The notes under the pieces were generated by a model. The model was given only the letters and a program-made list of their open reading frames with translations, searched no databases and was not told the DNA's origin. Both the position numbers and the translations under genes were made by a program. From Alphaproteobacteria bacterium (GTDB lineage Bacteria > Pseudomonadota > Alphaproteobacteria > UBA2966): a stretch of 64,000 nucleotides of DNA. Numbering within the stretch: the first letter of the stretch is position 1; the number at the start of each line of letters is the position of its first letter. Below, piece by piece: positions 27,882-40,882 of the stretch. The DNA lies in the NCBI GenBank assembly GCA_964291395.2, contig OZ219856.1, positions 96,001-160,000 on the forward strand, in the 5' to 3' direction.

Positions 27882-28214
27882 ATGGGCAATCCGCCCGAAC
27901 GCGACGAAGGCGAGGTCTCGCCCCTCGACGACCTCGGCAGCCGGCTGAAGCGGGCGCGCGGCGCCCAACCCGTCGAACCGGATCCGGCGACTCCGCGAAG
28001 CGGACTGGCCACGGCCCTGCGGCTGGCGGCGGAGATGATCTCGGCCCTGATCGTCGGGGGGGGCATCGGGTGGTTTCTCGACCATTGGCTCGACACCAGG
28101 CCGTGGCTGTTGTTGGTCTTTCTCCTGCTCGGAGCCATTGCAGGCATGTTGAACGCCTACCGCGCCGCCATGCGAATGTCCGCCGAGCACGAATCGACTC
28201 CGTCCGGCAATTGA
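27882..28214 (+). CDS. atpI: AtpZ/AtpI family protein
   Basis: GGGIGWFLDHWLDTRPWLLLVFLLLGAIAGMLNAYR; first gene of the Fo operon. Confidence 0.9.
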   Translation: MGNPPERDEGEVSPLDDLGSRLKRARGAQPVEPDPATPRSGLATALRLAAEMISALIVGGGIGWFLDHWLDTRPWLLLVFLLLGAIAGMLNAYRAAMRMSAEHESTPSGN

Positions 28215-28248
28215 GTCCCGGCTATTTCGACGTGGTGGCCCCCGGTAA

Positions 28249-28986
28249 ATGGCCGTGAAAGAACAAAGTCCCCTGCAGCAGTTCGAGATCAGCCGGCTGG
28301 TGGACATCCAGGTCGGCGGCCTGGACGCCTCGTTCACGAATTCGTCCCTGATGATGGTCTTCGTCCTGGCGCTCGCCGTCGTGTCGCTCGGCGCCGGCAT
28401 GCGCAAGCGCGCGATGGTTCCCGGGCGCTGGCAGTCGATCGTCGAGCTGACCTACGAATTCATCGCCAACATGCTGCGCGAGAACGTGGGCAGCGAAGGA
28501 CGGCGCTATTTCCCGTTCGTCTTCACGCTGTTCATGTTCATCCTGTTGTGCAACCTGCTCGGTCTGGTTCCGTACAGCTTCACCGTCACCAGCCACATCG
28601 TGGTGACCTTCGCGCTCGCCGCGGTCGTGTTCGTCGGCGTCACCGTCATCGCGCTGGTCCGCCACGGGTTCAGGTTCTTCACGTTCTTCGTCCCGCCCGG
28701 GCTTCCCGTGGTCCTCGCGCCGCTGCTCGTCCCGATCGAGGTGATCTCCTATCTGGCGCGTCCCGTGACCCTGTCGCTGCGGCTGTTCGCCAACATGATG
28801 GCCGGGCACACCATGCTGAAGGTCTTCGGCGGCTTCGTCGTGGCCCTGGGGCTCTTCGGCTTCGCGCCCTTCGTCTTCATCATCGCGATCTACGCGCTCG
28901 AGCTGATCGTCGCGGTGCTGCAGGCCTACGTGTTCACGGTGCTGACGTGCCTCTATCTGAACGACGCGATCCACCTCCAGCATTGA
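28249..28986 (+). CDS. atpB: ATP synthase Fo subunit a
   Basis: VPGRWQS; RPVTLSLRLFANMMAGH; LQAYVF. Confidence 0.97.
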   Translation: MAVKEQSPLQQFEISRLVDIQVGGLDASFTNSSLMMVFVLALAVVSLGAGMRKRAMVPGRWQSIVELTYEFIANMLRENVGSEGRRYFPFVFTLFMFILLCNLLGLVPYSFTVTSHIVVTFALAAVVFVGVTVIALVRHGFRFFTFFVPPGLPVVLAPLLVPIEVISYLARPVTLSLRLFANMMAGHTMLKVFGGFVVALGLFGFAPFVFIIAIYALELIVAVLQAYVFTVLTCLYLNDAIHLQH

Positions 28987-29043
28987 GGCCGCGAGCGATC
29001 CCGTAACCGCAACACATCAGTCAGCAATAGAAGGACCCAAGAA

Positions 29044-29268
29044 ATGGAACTCGAAGCAGCCAAGCAGATCGGCGCCGGTCTCGCGACCATCGGACTCGCC
29101 GGCGTCGGCGTCGGCATCGGCAACATCTTCGCGAGCTACGTCGCCGCGGGCATCCGCAATCCGGCCGCCGCGCCGCGGATGTTCGGGCAGGTGCTTCTCG
29201 GCTTCGCGCTGGTCGAGGCGGTGGCCCTGTACGCGCTGGTCATCGCGTTCCTCATCCTGTTCGGCTAG
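29044..29268 (+). CDS. atpE: ATP synthase Fo subunit c
   Basis: GVGVGIG; RNP; GFALVEA. Confidence 0.97.
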   Translation: MELEAAKQIGAGLATIGLAGVGVGIGNIFASYVAAGIRNPAAAPRMFGQVLLGFALVEAVALYALVIAFLILFG

Positions 29269-29302
29269 GCGGGATCGGGACTCCGCCCCGGAGGCGCCCC
29301 TC

Positions 29303-29794
29303 GTGCCGCAACTCGCGACCGCCGACTTCGCGCCCCAGCTGATCTGGCTGGCGATCACCTTCATCGCGCTCTACCTCGTGATGTGGCGGGTCGTGCTGCC
29401 GCGGATCGTCGACGTCCTCGAGGAACGGCAGCGCCGGATCGACGACGACCTGGTGACGGCGGAAGGCCTGAAGCGCGAGGCCGACGAGGCCCTAGCCGCC
29501 TACGAGAAGGCGCTGGCGGACGCGCGGGCGGACGCGCACGGGACGGCGTCGGAGACGCGGGACGCCATCAAGAAGCAGGCGGCCGAGCGGGAGGCCGAGC
29601 TCGACGCGACGCTCGCCCGCGAAAACGAGGAGTCGGACGCGCGAATCCGCGCCGCGCAGGAGGAGGGCCGGGCGCACGTCCGGCACATCGCCATCGACGC
29701 GGCCCGCGCCGTCACGTGGAGACTGATCGGCGCGGACGTCGACGACGCGGCCGCCGCCGCCGCCGTCGATGCCGCGTTGGCGGGGGACCGATAG
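29303..29794 (+). CDS. ATP synthase Fo subunit b'
   Basis: MPQL...PQLIWLAITFIALY...LPRI; operon position. Confidence 0.92.
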   Translation: MPQLATADFAPQLIWLAITFIALYLVMWRVVLPRIVDVLEERQRRIDDDLVTAEGLKREADEALAAYEKALADARADAHGTASETRDAIKKQAAEREAELDATLARENEESDARIRAAQEEGRAHVRHIAIDAARAVTWRLIGADVDDAAAAAAVDAALAGDR

Positions 29795-30274
29795 ATGTTC
29801 GACGCCTCGTTCTGGGTCGCCGTCGCCTTCGTGGCTTTCGTCGGGATCCTGGTGCGCTTCGCCTACGGGCGGATCGTCGGGGCGCTCGACGCGCGCGCTG
29901 CCCGCATCGAGAACGAGATCGAAGAAGCCAAGCGCCTTCGCGAAGAGGCGCGGCAATTGCTGGCCGGCTACCAGCGCAGGCACCGGGACGCCGTCAAGGA
30001 GGCCGAGGAGATCGTCGAGCAGGCCAAGGCCGACGCGGAACGGATGGCGGCGCAGGCGGCCGCCGATCTCGAGGCGGAGATCAGGCGGCGCACCGAATTG
30101 GCGCACGCCAAGATCGCCCGGGCGGAGGCCCAGGTGATCGAGGACGTCCGCGACATGGCCGTCGACGCCGCCGTGCGGGCGGCGGGCCGGCTCGTCCGGG
30201 AGCGCCTGGGCGAGGAGCAGGCCGGGAAGATCGTCGACGACGCGATCTCGGAACTCGGCCGCAAGGCCCACTGA
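29795..30274 (+). CDS. atpF: ATP synthase Fo subunit b
   Basis: FWVAVAFVAF...LDARAARIENEIEEAKRLREEA. Confidence 0.93.
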   Translation: MFDASFWVAVAFVAFVGILVRFAYGRIVGALDARAARIENEIEEAKRLREEARQLLAGYQRRHRDAVKEAEEIVEQAKADAERMAAQAAADLEAEIRRRTELAHAKIARAEAQVIEDVRDMAVDAAVRAAGRLVRERLGEEQAGKIVDDAISELGRKAH

Positions 30275-30323
30275 GGATTTCCCGACCGCGGCGCGGCGCC
30301 GCCTCGGCGTCTCCGCCGTCGTT

Positions 30324-33221
<2,898 letters not shown>

Positions 33222-33260
33222 CTTGCTTCTCCCTCGTCCGCAAACGCGCCGTGGACCGGA

Positions 33261-33638
33261 TCAGGCCAGACTCTCCACGAATGCGGCGTATTCGTCCGCG
33301 TTCATGAGCCCGTCGAGCTCGCCCGGGTCGCTCACCTTGATCTTCACGAACCAGCCGCTTCCTTCCGCGTCCCGGTTGATCTGCGCCGGGTCGTCGCCGA
33401 GGGTCTCGTTGACCTCGACGATTTCGCCGCTGACGGGGGCATACACCTCGCTGGCGGCCTTGACGGACTCCACCACCGCCGCCTCCGAGCCCTTCGATAT
33501 CGACTTCCCGACGTCGGGGAGGTCGACATAGACGACGTCGCCCAGCTGCTCCTGCGCATAGTTGCTGACCCCGACGGTGGCCACCTCGCCTTCGAGACGG
33601 ATCCACTCGTGATCGTCGGTATATCTGAGGTCGCTCAT
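33261..33638 (-). CDS. gcvH: Glycine cleavage system H protein
   Basis: YTDDHEW; LGDVVYVDLP; VESVKAASEVYAP (lipoyl Lys). Confidence 0.97.
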   Translation of the reverse strand: MSDLRYTDDHEWIRLEGEVATVGVSNYAQEQLGDVVYVDLPDVGKSISKGSEAAVVESVKAASEVYAPVSGEIVEVNETLGDDPAQINRDAEGSGWFVKIKVSDPGELDGLMNADEYAAFVESLA

Positions 33639-33841
33639 CATCCGTTCCTCTACATCCGTGGCGTTTTTCGCCGGTAACCTGACCGGGGCGGCGAGATCGC
33701 CGGGCCGCCGGCACGCGAACCCGTCCGGGCACCGCGCGGCACCCGGCCTCCGGTCCGGTCCTGCATGCGTCGACCATCGGGAAAGGGGTCTCTCAAGGCG
33801 GCCTCCGACAGAGCTCTCCGCCCCCTTCGGCGGAATCTGCC

Positions 33842-34050
33842 CCCTCTGTCACTGGACCTGAGAGATTGACCGGCGCGTATCGGGTCGGAGACCTTGCCGG
33901 CTTTCCCCTTCGGTGGGAGTCACGTCAGCGTCCGGCGGGACTCCACTTTCCAGAGCGCCATCCTCCTGCGGTCCTTTTGCCTGAGAGTTTCCGGGGCGGT
34001 TGCTCCTTCGGCGCCGATTCCCGGGGAACCGGTCTCTCCCGCAAAGATCG
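33842..34050 (-). ncRNA. Tandem glycine riboswitch
   Basis: Aptamer 1 GCGGGAGAG...CGCCGAAGGAGCAA...AAACTCTCAGGCAAAAGGACCGC; aptamer 2 CTCTGGAAAG...CACCGAAGGGGAAA...AATCTCTCAGGT...GACAGAG. Confidence 0.93.
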
Positions 34051-34112
34051 TCTGGCTGTACGTACGATGATAGGGGGCGGCCGGACGCTGTCAACCGCCG
34101 GGTCCGACGAAA

Positions 34113-34650
34113 TCAGCGGCGGGATTCGTTGTATTCGAGCTGTTCGGGCGTGAGCTGGAAACCGATCAGGACCTGGTAATGCTGGCCCCGGTCCGGCCGC
34201 GGGAGCGGAATCGTCTGGGTCACGGTCTCCCGGACCGCGACCTTCCGGCGTCCCGTCGGGAACTCGGCGCGGCTCTCGAACGTCTCCTTGGCGATCGCCC
34301 GCCCGTCGGGATCCACGACGGCGGCGAAAAACGGGATGGGCACCGCGCCGGTCTCCGCCGTGGGTCCCCGCGTCGAGACGATGTCGAAGGACGTCTCCAC
34401 CTCCACCCGCCCGTCGTCGTAACCGCAGGCCCACGTCAGGTCCGACACCTGCGCCTCGACGACGACGTCGGTGAGGTCGCGGCCCGGCCCGGGCTTGAAC
34501 AGGACCAGGCGTTCGCCGGCGGCCAGGACGGCGACGTCGGGGCACGGCGGCGGCGGCGGGCCGGGGTCGAGGACGCCGCAGCTTGCCGTCGACAGGGCGG
34601 CGACTACCGCCAGCGTCAGCGCCGGCGCCCGAACGACGCCGGCTGCGCGA
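34113..34650 (-). CDS. Hypothetical lipoprotein (start codon not identified)
   Basis: The frame is open upstream of track ORF 34448: LTLAVVAALSTASCGVLDPGPPPPPCPDVAVL...VLIGFQLTPEQLEYN. Confidence 0.65.
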
Positions 34651-34653
34651 CCG

Positions 34654-34893
34654 TCAGAGGGAATTGTGGGATCCGTCGCAGTAGGGTTGATTTCCGGTCT
34701 GCTTGCAGCCGCAGAAGAAAACGGTCTTGCTCTCCTCGGCCTCCAGGATCACCGGCGTGAACGCCGTCGTGTTGTGTGATCCGTCGCAGTACGGCTGCTT
34801 GGCGCTGAGGCCGCAGCGGCACCAGGCATAGCGCTTCCCCTGCTCGACGTCCTCGGCGTAGGGGGCCTTCTGCGCGACAACGGGTTCCGACAT
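34654..34893 (-). CDS. CDGSH iron-sulfur domain protein (two motifs)
   Basis: WCRCGLSAKQPYCDGSH and FCGCKQTGNQPYCDGSH. Confidence 0.93.
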   Translation of the reverse strand: MSEPVVAQKAPYAEDVEQGKRYAWCRCGLSAKQPYCDGSHNTTAFTPVILEAEESKTVFFCGCKQTGNQPYCDGSHNSL

Positions 34894-35066
34894 GTCTCCA
34901 CCACCCTTTCTCAATTACCCTTTTCACCTTATTACCGGCAGCCCGGACCGGAGTCGAGCCCTATGCGGCCCGCGGGCCGTGAACGCCACTTCTCGCCACT
35001 TCTCACATCTTCTCACATCTCGTCAGGGTCCCCGCCTTCGGCTAAACTCCGGCGCGATTCTCGATC

Positions 35067-36011
35067 ATGAACAAGCCGTCTCTGCAAATCCTGCTCGCCA
35101 GTCCCCGAGGTTTCTGTGCGGGGGTCAACCGGGCAATCCAGATCGTGGAAAAGGCGCTGGAGATCTACGGCGCCCCCGTGTACGTGCGCCACGAAATCGT
35201 CCACAACCGGTTCGTCGTGCAGGGGCTGGAGTCGCGGGGCGCCATCTTCGTGGACGAACTCGATGAGGTCCCGGAGGACGCGGTCGTCATATTCTCCGCC
35301 CACGGCGTGCCGAAGGCCGTCCCGGCGGAGGCCCGTCGCCGGGGGCTGACCTACCATGACGCCACCTGTCCCTTGGTCAGCAAGGTTCACGGCGAGGCCG
35401 GGCAACATCACGCCGCCGGACGCCAGATCATCCTCATCGGTCATGCCGGCCATCCCGAGGTCATCGGCACCGTGGGACAACTTCCCGACGGCGCCATCCT
35501 CCTGGTCGAAACGGTGCGGGACGCGGAGACCGTCGATGTGAGAGATCCCGGGAATCTGGCCTTCATCGCACAGACGACGCTGTCCGTCGATGAAACGGCG
35601 GACATCGTCGCCGCCCTTCGCCGACGCTTCCCCGGCATCGTTGCGCCGCGGTCCGGGAACATCTGCTACGCCACGACGAACCGTCAATCGGCGGTCAAGC
35701 GGATCGCCGAGTCCTGCGACGCCCTCCTGGTGATCGGCGCACCCAACTCCTCCAACTCCCTGCGCCTGAAGGAGACAGCCCAGCGCCGCGGTTGTGCCCG
35801 CACGGCGCTCGTCCAGCGGGCTCACGACATCGACTGGGACGCGTTCGACGGAGTTCGGACGCTCGGCATCACGGCAGGCGCCTCCGCGCCGGAAGTTCTG
35901 GTCGACGAAGTCATCGAGGCCTGCCGGCAACGCTACGAGGTCTCGATCCGCGAGGTTTCCGCCGCGCACGAGGATGTGAGCTTCAAGCTCCCCCGCGCCC
36001 TCGACGCCTGA
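35067..36011 (+). CDS. ispH: 4-hydroxy-3-methylbut-2-enyl diphosphate reductase
   Basis: PRGFCAGV; HEIVHN; DATCPLV; ICYATTNRQ; NSSNS; TAGASAP. Confidence 0.97.
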   Translation: MNKPSLQILLASPRGFCAGVNRAIQIVEKALEIYGAPVYVRHEIVHNRFVVQGLESRGAIFVDELDEVPEDAVVIFSAHGVPKAVPAEARRRGLTYHDATCPLVSKVHGEAGQHHAAGRQIILIGHAGHPEVIGTVGQLPDGAILLVETVRDAETVDVRDPGNLAFIAQTTLSVDETADIVAALRRRFPGIVAPRSGNICYATTNRQSAVKRIAESCDALLVIGAPNSSNSLRLKETAQRRGCARTALVQRAHDIDWDAFDGVRTLGITAGASAPEVLVDEVIEACRQRYEVSIREVSAAHEDVSFKLPRALDA

Positions 36012-36029
36012 TCCGCCGTTCCAACGCCC

Positions 36030-36992
36030 ATGGCCGTCTACACCGAAGTCAGCGATGACGACCTGGAGCGGTTCGTAGCCGAGTACGACATCGGGAAGGT
36101 CACCGCGTTCAAGGGGATCGCGGAAGGCGTCGAGAACTCCAACTACCTGTTGCAGACGGAATCGGGGACGTACATCCTCACCATCTACGAAAAGCGGGTG
36201 AAGCCCGAGGACCTGCCTTTTTTTCTGGGATTGATGGACCATCTGGCGGCGGCGGGCATTCCTTGCCCGACGCCGATTCACGGACGCGACGGCGATGCCC
36301 TTCGCATGCTGTCGGACAAACCTGCCGCGATCGTGAGTTTCCTCGACGGCGTGTGGCCCAAGGGACGATCTCCCAGACACTGTGCCGAGCTCGGCGAAGC
36401 GGTCGCCCACATGCACGTGGCGGGGGTCGATTTCTCGATGCGGCGGGAGAACGATCTGCGTGTCGACGCGTGGCGCCCCCTGTTCGAGTCCTGTCGTGCC
36501 GGGGCCGACGACGTCGTGCCCGGACTCGAGGCCGACATCGCGGCGGAACTCGATCATCTCGAACGATCGTGGCCGAAGGCGCTGCCGGAAGGCGTGATCC
36601 ATGCAGACCTGTTTCCGGACAACGTGTTCTTTCTCGGAGGTAAACTCACGGGAATCATCGATTTCTACTTCGCCTGCAACGACTGGTTCGCCTACGAGAT
36701 CGCCATCTGCCTCAACGCCTGGTGCTTCGAGCCCGATCACCAGTTCAACATCACCAAGGCCAAGAACCTGTTGTCGGCGTACCGGCGCGTGCGGCCGTTC
36801 TCGGAAACGGAGTTCTCGGCGCTTCCCCTGCTGGCCCGGGGCGCCGCTATGCGTTTTCTGCTGACCCGGCTGTATGACTGGCTCAATCGGGTCGACGGTG
36901 CCTTGGTGAGACCGAAGGATCCCGTCGAGTACCTCACCAAGCTGAAGTTCCATCAAGGCGTGAGAGGACCGAGCGCCTACGGATTGGATTGA
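36030..36992 (+). CDS. thrB: Homoserine kinase (type II)
   Basis: MAVYT; GIAEGVENSNY; IHADLFPDNVFF; IDFYFAC. Confidence 0.96.
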   Translation: MAVYTEVSDDDLERFVAEYDIGKVTAFKGIAEGVENSNYLLQTESGTYILTIYEKRVKPEDLPFFLGLMDHLAAAGIPCPTPIHGRDGDALRMLSDKPAAIVSFLDGVWPKGRSPRHCAELGEAVAHMHVAGVDFSMRRENDLRVDAWRPLFESCRAGADDVVPGLEADIAAELDHLERSWPKALPEGVIHADLFPDNVFFLGGKLTGIIDFYFACNDWFAYEIAICLNAWCFEPDHQFNITKAKNLLSAYRRVRPFSETEFSALPLLARGAAMRFLLTRLYDWLNRVDGALVRPKDPVEYLTKLKFHQGVRGPSAYGLD

Positions 36993-36998
36993 CTGCTC

Positions 36999-37451
36999 AT
37001 GTGTGCCGATTTCGTCGACATCTATACCGACGGCGCCTGTTCGGGGAATCCCGGACGGGGCGGGTGGGGGGCCCTTCTCGTCTATCGAGGGCGCGAGATG
37101 GAGATCTGCGGCGGCGAACGCGATACGACCAACAACCGCATGGAGCTGATGGCCGCCATCCACGCCCTCGAAGCCCTCAACCGGCCGAGCCGCGCACGGT
37201 TGCACACCGACAGCGTCTACCTGCGGGACGGGATCACCCGGTGGATCGCGCGCTGGAAGAAAAACGGCTGGAAAACGGCGTCCAAAAAACCCGTAAAGAA
37301 CGTCGACCTATGGCAACGTCTCGACAAGGTCGTGGAAAACCATGATCTTGAGTGGCACTGGGTCAAAGGGCATTCGGGTCATCGCGGCAACGAGCGCGCC
37401 GATCGACTGGCCCGGGACGGCATGGCGCGGGGCGGAGGTCCGCCGCCGTGA
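36999..37451 (+). CDS. rnhA: Ribonuclease HI
   Basis: [11 protein letters not shown]; TTNNRMEL; WVKGHSG; NERAD. Confidence 0.97.
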   Translation: MCADFVDIYTDGACSGNPGRGGWGALLVYRGREMEICGGERDTTNNRMELMAAIHALEALNRPSRARLHTDSVYLRDGITRWIARWKKNGWKTASKKPVKNVDLWQRLDKVVENHDLEWHWVKGHSGHRGNERADRLARDGMARGGGPPP

Positions 37452-37483
37452 GCGGCAAGGAATGCTGGAGGGAGAACGACGAG

Positions 37484-37972
37484 ATGAAGCGCTACAACTA
37501 CCGGGGCGTCGATCACGTCCACATCAACGTGACGGATCTCGACCGCGCCATCGACTTCTACACCGGTACGCTGGGTTTCGCGGTCGCCGGCCGCCGGGAC
37601 CCCGACAAGGCCTGGCTCAATTTCGGCCAGTACCCCGAGAGCGAGCCCCTGTGGTACCACAACCTAGCGCTCACCGAGGTGCCCGAGAGAAACGACAGAT
37701 ACTGGAGCCGCACCGGCCTGAATCACGTGGCGTTCGAGCTGGAGTCGCCCGAGGACGTGATGGCGATAGGCGACGATCTCAAGCGCCGGGGCGTCCGCAT
37801 CATCCGTGGCCCGGGCGTGCATGCCGAGGACATGACCTATCACGTCTACGTCGAAGATCCGGACGGCAACGTCATCGAGCTCATGGCCCGGACCGACGAC
37901 ACCCACGCCGAACTGCGCGAGTCCGCGGAATGGGCGCCGCCGCCGGGTTGGACACCGGCGGACGCGGATTAG
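37484..37972 (+). CDS. VOC family protein
   Basis: VDHVHINV; LNHVAFE; YVEDPDGNVIEL. Confidence 0.88.
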   Translation: MKRYNYRGVDHVHINVTDLDRAIDFYTGTLGFAVAGRRDPDKAWLNFGQYPESEPLWYHNLALTEVPERNDRYWSRTGLNHVAFELESPEDVMAIGDDLKRRGVRIIRGPGVHAEDMTYHVYVEDPDGNVIELMARTDDTHAELRESAEWAPPPGWTPADAD

Positions 37973-38040
37973 ACTCTTTACGATGGGTCCGAACGCCCCG
38001 GCGAATTGTCCCCATTCACCGTCGGTATGGAAGCTATCGA

Positions 38041-38523
38041 CTAAAGGTTCTCGAGGATCTTCTCCGCACTCGAGACCTCGTAGGCGCCACCTTCTTCCAG
38101 ATTCAGCGCGCTGACGACGCCGTCGTCTACGACCATAGAATAGCGCCGGGAGCGGACGCCCAGCCCCCGTTCGGTGAGGTCGAGCTCGAGACCCAACGCC
38201 TTGGCGAGCACGCCGCTGCCGTCCGCGACCATGGCGACCTTGTCGCCCACATTCTGATCCTTGCCCCAGGCATCCATCACGAAGACGTCATTCACAGACA
38301 GGCAAATGATGGAGTCAACGCCCTTCGCCTTGATCGCGTCGGCACTGTCTACGAACCCGGGCAGGTGCTGAGCCGAACACGTGGGCGTGAAAGCGCCGGG
38401 CAGCGCAAAGGCCACCACCTTCTTGCCGCTGAACAGATCGCCCGTGGAAACCTGCTCGGGACCCGATTCACCCATGACCGCGAGCGTTACGTCCGGGATC
38501 GAATCACCTACATGCACTGCCAT
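38041..38523 (-). CDS. Peroxiredoxin (Prx5-type)
   Basis: PGAFTPTCSAQHLPGF; SVNDVFVM; RSRRYSM. Confidence 0.95.
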   Translation of the reverse strand: MAVHVGDSIPDVTLAVMGESGPEQVSTGDLFSGKKVVAFALPGAFTPTCSAQHLPGFVDSADAIKAKGVDSIICLSVNDVFVMDAWGKDQNVGDKVAMVADGSGVLAKALGLELDLTERGLGVRSRRYSMVVDDGVVSALNLEEGGAYEVSSAEKILENL

Positions 38524-38630
38524 TAAAGCCTCCCCTTCGGTGGCGGGCGGACGGGTCGTGCGCCCTCGATTTCGAGTCCGAGAGATACTGATAATTCCCG
38601 GGATGTCCAGCCCCGGACGAATAGGGTCGA

Positions 38631-39485
38631 TCAGTGCGTGGGAACGACCGTCCGTTCGACCGCGCGGGCCCCGTCGACGAGCGTGATCGTCAACGGCTGG
38701 GGTGCGCCGTCCGCGGATCCCCCACCATCGATCGGGAGCTCCACGACGGCGGTGCGGGGGTCGTCTCCGAGATCGATCTTCGGCCGCCCGAAAAACACGT
38801 CGGCAGGACCTTCGACGAACACGTCAGGGTCGTCGAACGACGGACGGGCCTCGGCGCGGAGACGCAGGATCTTCCCGCCCGAATCCGCCGCAACGCTGGC
38901 TTCGACGATATCCATGTCGGAGCCGTCGCGGGCGGGAACCCGGGCGGCGAAGCGCCGAATCAGCGCCCGGTGTGCCCTGGTTACCGGACCGTCATCGGAG
39001 ACGCCGGCGGGGATTTCAAGTCGTACGTTCGCCTCCAACGGCACGCAGATGTCCTTGCAGACGGCGTAGTTGACATCGAGATCGATCCGAACGGACTCGT
39101 CCGGGCGCGCCGCGCGCAGGCGTACGGGAAAGACGACCTCGTCTTCATAGCCGTAAGAATCCAAGCCTTCGAACGGGATACGTTTCGGGGCCGGCCATGC
39201 CAGCGCCACGTTACGGACGTTTCGGGACGCCGACCAATCGAAGGACGTGGGCAGTCCGGCATCGCCGGGATTGCGCCAATAGGTCTTCCACCCCTCTCCA
39301 AGACGTATCTGTACCCCCACCTCGAGCTCCCCCGAGGCGGTGACCAAATCGTGGGCCGTGACGAGTCGGAGCTGGCTGAAATCCGTTGTAATCCAATTGC
39401 TTGCGGCTGCATGGGCGGGGTGCGCCGAGGTCAGCCCCCAGGCGAGCAGAAGAGTCGTCAGGACAACTGGTCGAGTGGGTGGCAT
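38631..39485 (-). CDS. DsbD N-terminal-domain-like protein
   Basis: GWKTYWRNPGDAG; WPAP; YAVCKDICVP; start uncertain. Confidence 0.85.
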   Translation of the reverse strand: MPPTRPVVLTTLLLAWGLTSAHPAHAAASNWITTDFSQLRLVTAHDLVTASGELEVGVQIRLGEGWKTYWRNPGDAGLPTSFDWSASRNVRNVALAWPAPKRIPFEGLDSYGYEDEVVFPVRLRAARPDESVRIDLDVNYAVCKDICVPLEANVRLEIPAGVSDDGPVTRAHRALIRRFAARVPARDGSDMDIVEASVAADSGGKILRLRAEARPSFDDPDVFVEGPADVFFGRPKIDLGDDPRTAVVELPIDGGGSADGAPQPLTITLVDGARAVERTVVPTH

Positions 39486-39635
39486 CGAAACCTCGCGAAC
39501 CTGCCAAGCCCATGATGCAACACGGTCGACGATTGGGGAATTCATGTGTTTGTGATCGAGGAACTTCCTTGGTCTATAATCTCCCCGGTCCATATGTGAG
39601 ACGACCATCGTTCGCTTCCAAGTGGGGGTGCCTCA

Positions 39636-40208
39636 ATGGGTCCTGACCCTGACAGCGGATATCTCGAAGGCCAGATGCTGATCGCTATGCCGGGTATGGA
39701 GGATCCCCGGTTCCAGCGAACGCTGATCTACATGTGCGCCCATTCGGATCAGGGTGCCATGGGTCTGGTCGTCAACAAGGTGATGAACAACATCACGTTC
39801 CCGGATCTGCTCGAGCAACTGGGCATCCAGGGCAGCGGTCTCGAGAGAGATATCCAAGTGTTCTTCGGCGGACCCGTGGAACAGAGCCGCGGGTTCGTAC
39901 TGCATACGTCGGACTACGTTCAAGATGCTTCTCTCGTCGTCAACGACGTGTACTCGCTGACGGCTTCGGTCGACGTTCTCAAAGCCATCGCCGACGGCAA
40001 AGGGCCGGACAAGTGCCTGATGGCTCTCGGCTATGCCGGCTGGGCACCCGGGCAACTCGAGTCCGAAATGCAGTCCAACGGCTGGCTGCACGTACCGGCG
40101 GACAAGGATCTCGTATTCGGACCGGACTGCGAGGCGAAATGGGCCGCCGCGGTCGCCAAGCTCGGTATCGATCTATCGTTGCTTTCGGGCGAGGCCGGCC
40201 ACGCGTAG
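39636..40208 (+). CDS. YqgE/AlgH family protein
   Basis: LIAMP; GAMGL; GGPVEQSRGFVLH; GYAGWAPGQLESE. Confidence 0.95.
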   Translation: MGPDPDSGYLEGQMLIAMPGMEDPRFQRTLIYMCAHSDQGAMGLVVNKVMNNITFPDLLEQLGIQGSGLERDIQVFFGGPVEQSRGFVLHTSDYVQDASLVVNDVYSLTASVDVLKAIADGKGPDKCLMALGYAGWAPGQLESEMQSNGWLHVPADKDLVFGPDCEAKWAAAVAKLGIDLSLLSGEAGHA

Positions 40209-40253
40209 CCTCGCGCCTGTTCCGATGCCGGCGAAAGACCCCGTCCTTCCCCC

Positions 40254-40814
40254 CTATTCGGGGCGAGAGTCGGTCGAGAGGTAGCTGAACAGCAGGTGGT
40301 CCCGCCACTCGCCGTTGATGCGGAGATATTCGCGTGCGTAGCCTTCCTGCGTGAAGCCGACCTTCGTCAGCAGACGGCGGCTGGCTTCATTGGTCGGAAC
40401 GCAGGCCGCTTCGAGCCGGTGCAGGCCAAGCCCGTCGAATACATAGCCTATGATGGCCTGAACGGCGTCGGATATGTAGCCGTTTCGGGCGAAGCGCTTG
40501 CCAACCCAATAGCCAAGGGAAGAGCTCTGCGTGACGCCACGATGCACGTGGCTGAGGTTGAGTCCGCCGACGATGGCGTCGTCGTCCTTTCGCAAGACGA
40601 AGAAGGCGTAACCACGATCGTTCCGTGACTCGTCGGCATAGCGCCGAAGCCGTTGCCTGTAGGACGCCTGGGTCAGTACGTCGCGCGGCCAGGTAGGTTC
40701 CCAGGGAACGAGAAACTCACGGGACTCGGCACGGAGGCGCGCCCAGCTCTCCCAGTCGCGCAGCTCTGGCGGACGCAGATAGACTCTCTTCCCGACGACC
40801 TGATCAGCCGACAT
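40254..40814 (-). CDS. RimJ-like GNAT N-acetyltransferase
   Basis: FLVPWEP; LGYWVG; LHRLEAACVPTN; EGYAREYLRINGEWRDH; start may be ~11 codons upstream. Confidence 0.9.
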   Translation of the reverse strand: MSADQVVGKRVYLRPPELRDWESWARLRAESREFLVPWEPTWPRDVLTQASYRQRLRRYADESRNDRGYAFFVLRKDDDAIVGGLNLSHVHRGVTQSSSLGYWVGKRFARNGYISDAVQAIIGYVFDGLGLHRLEAACVPTNEASRRLLTKVGFTQEGYAREYLRINGEWRDHLLFSYLSTDSRPE

Positions 40815-40882
40815 CGCCGGAATCAATCCGCGCAGGAAAGTGCTCAAGAGATCGTGTCCCGCAACCCGACAGCTACCCGAGT

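Noticed and set aside
35013-37205. 730-aa minus-strand ORF
   Set aside because: Antisense shadow of ispH-thrB-rnhA
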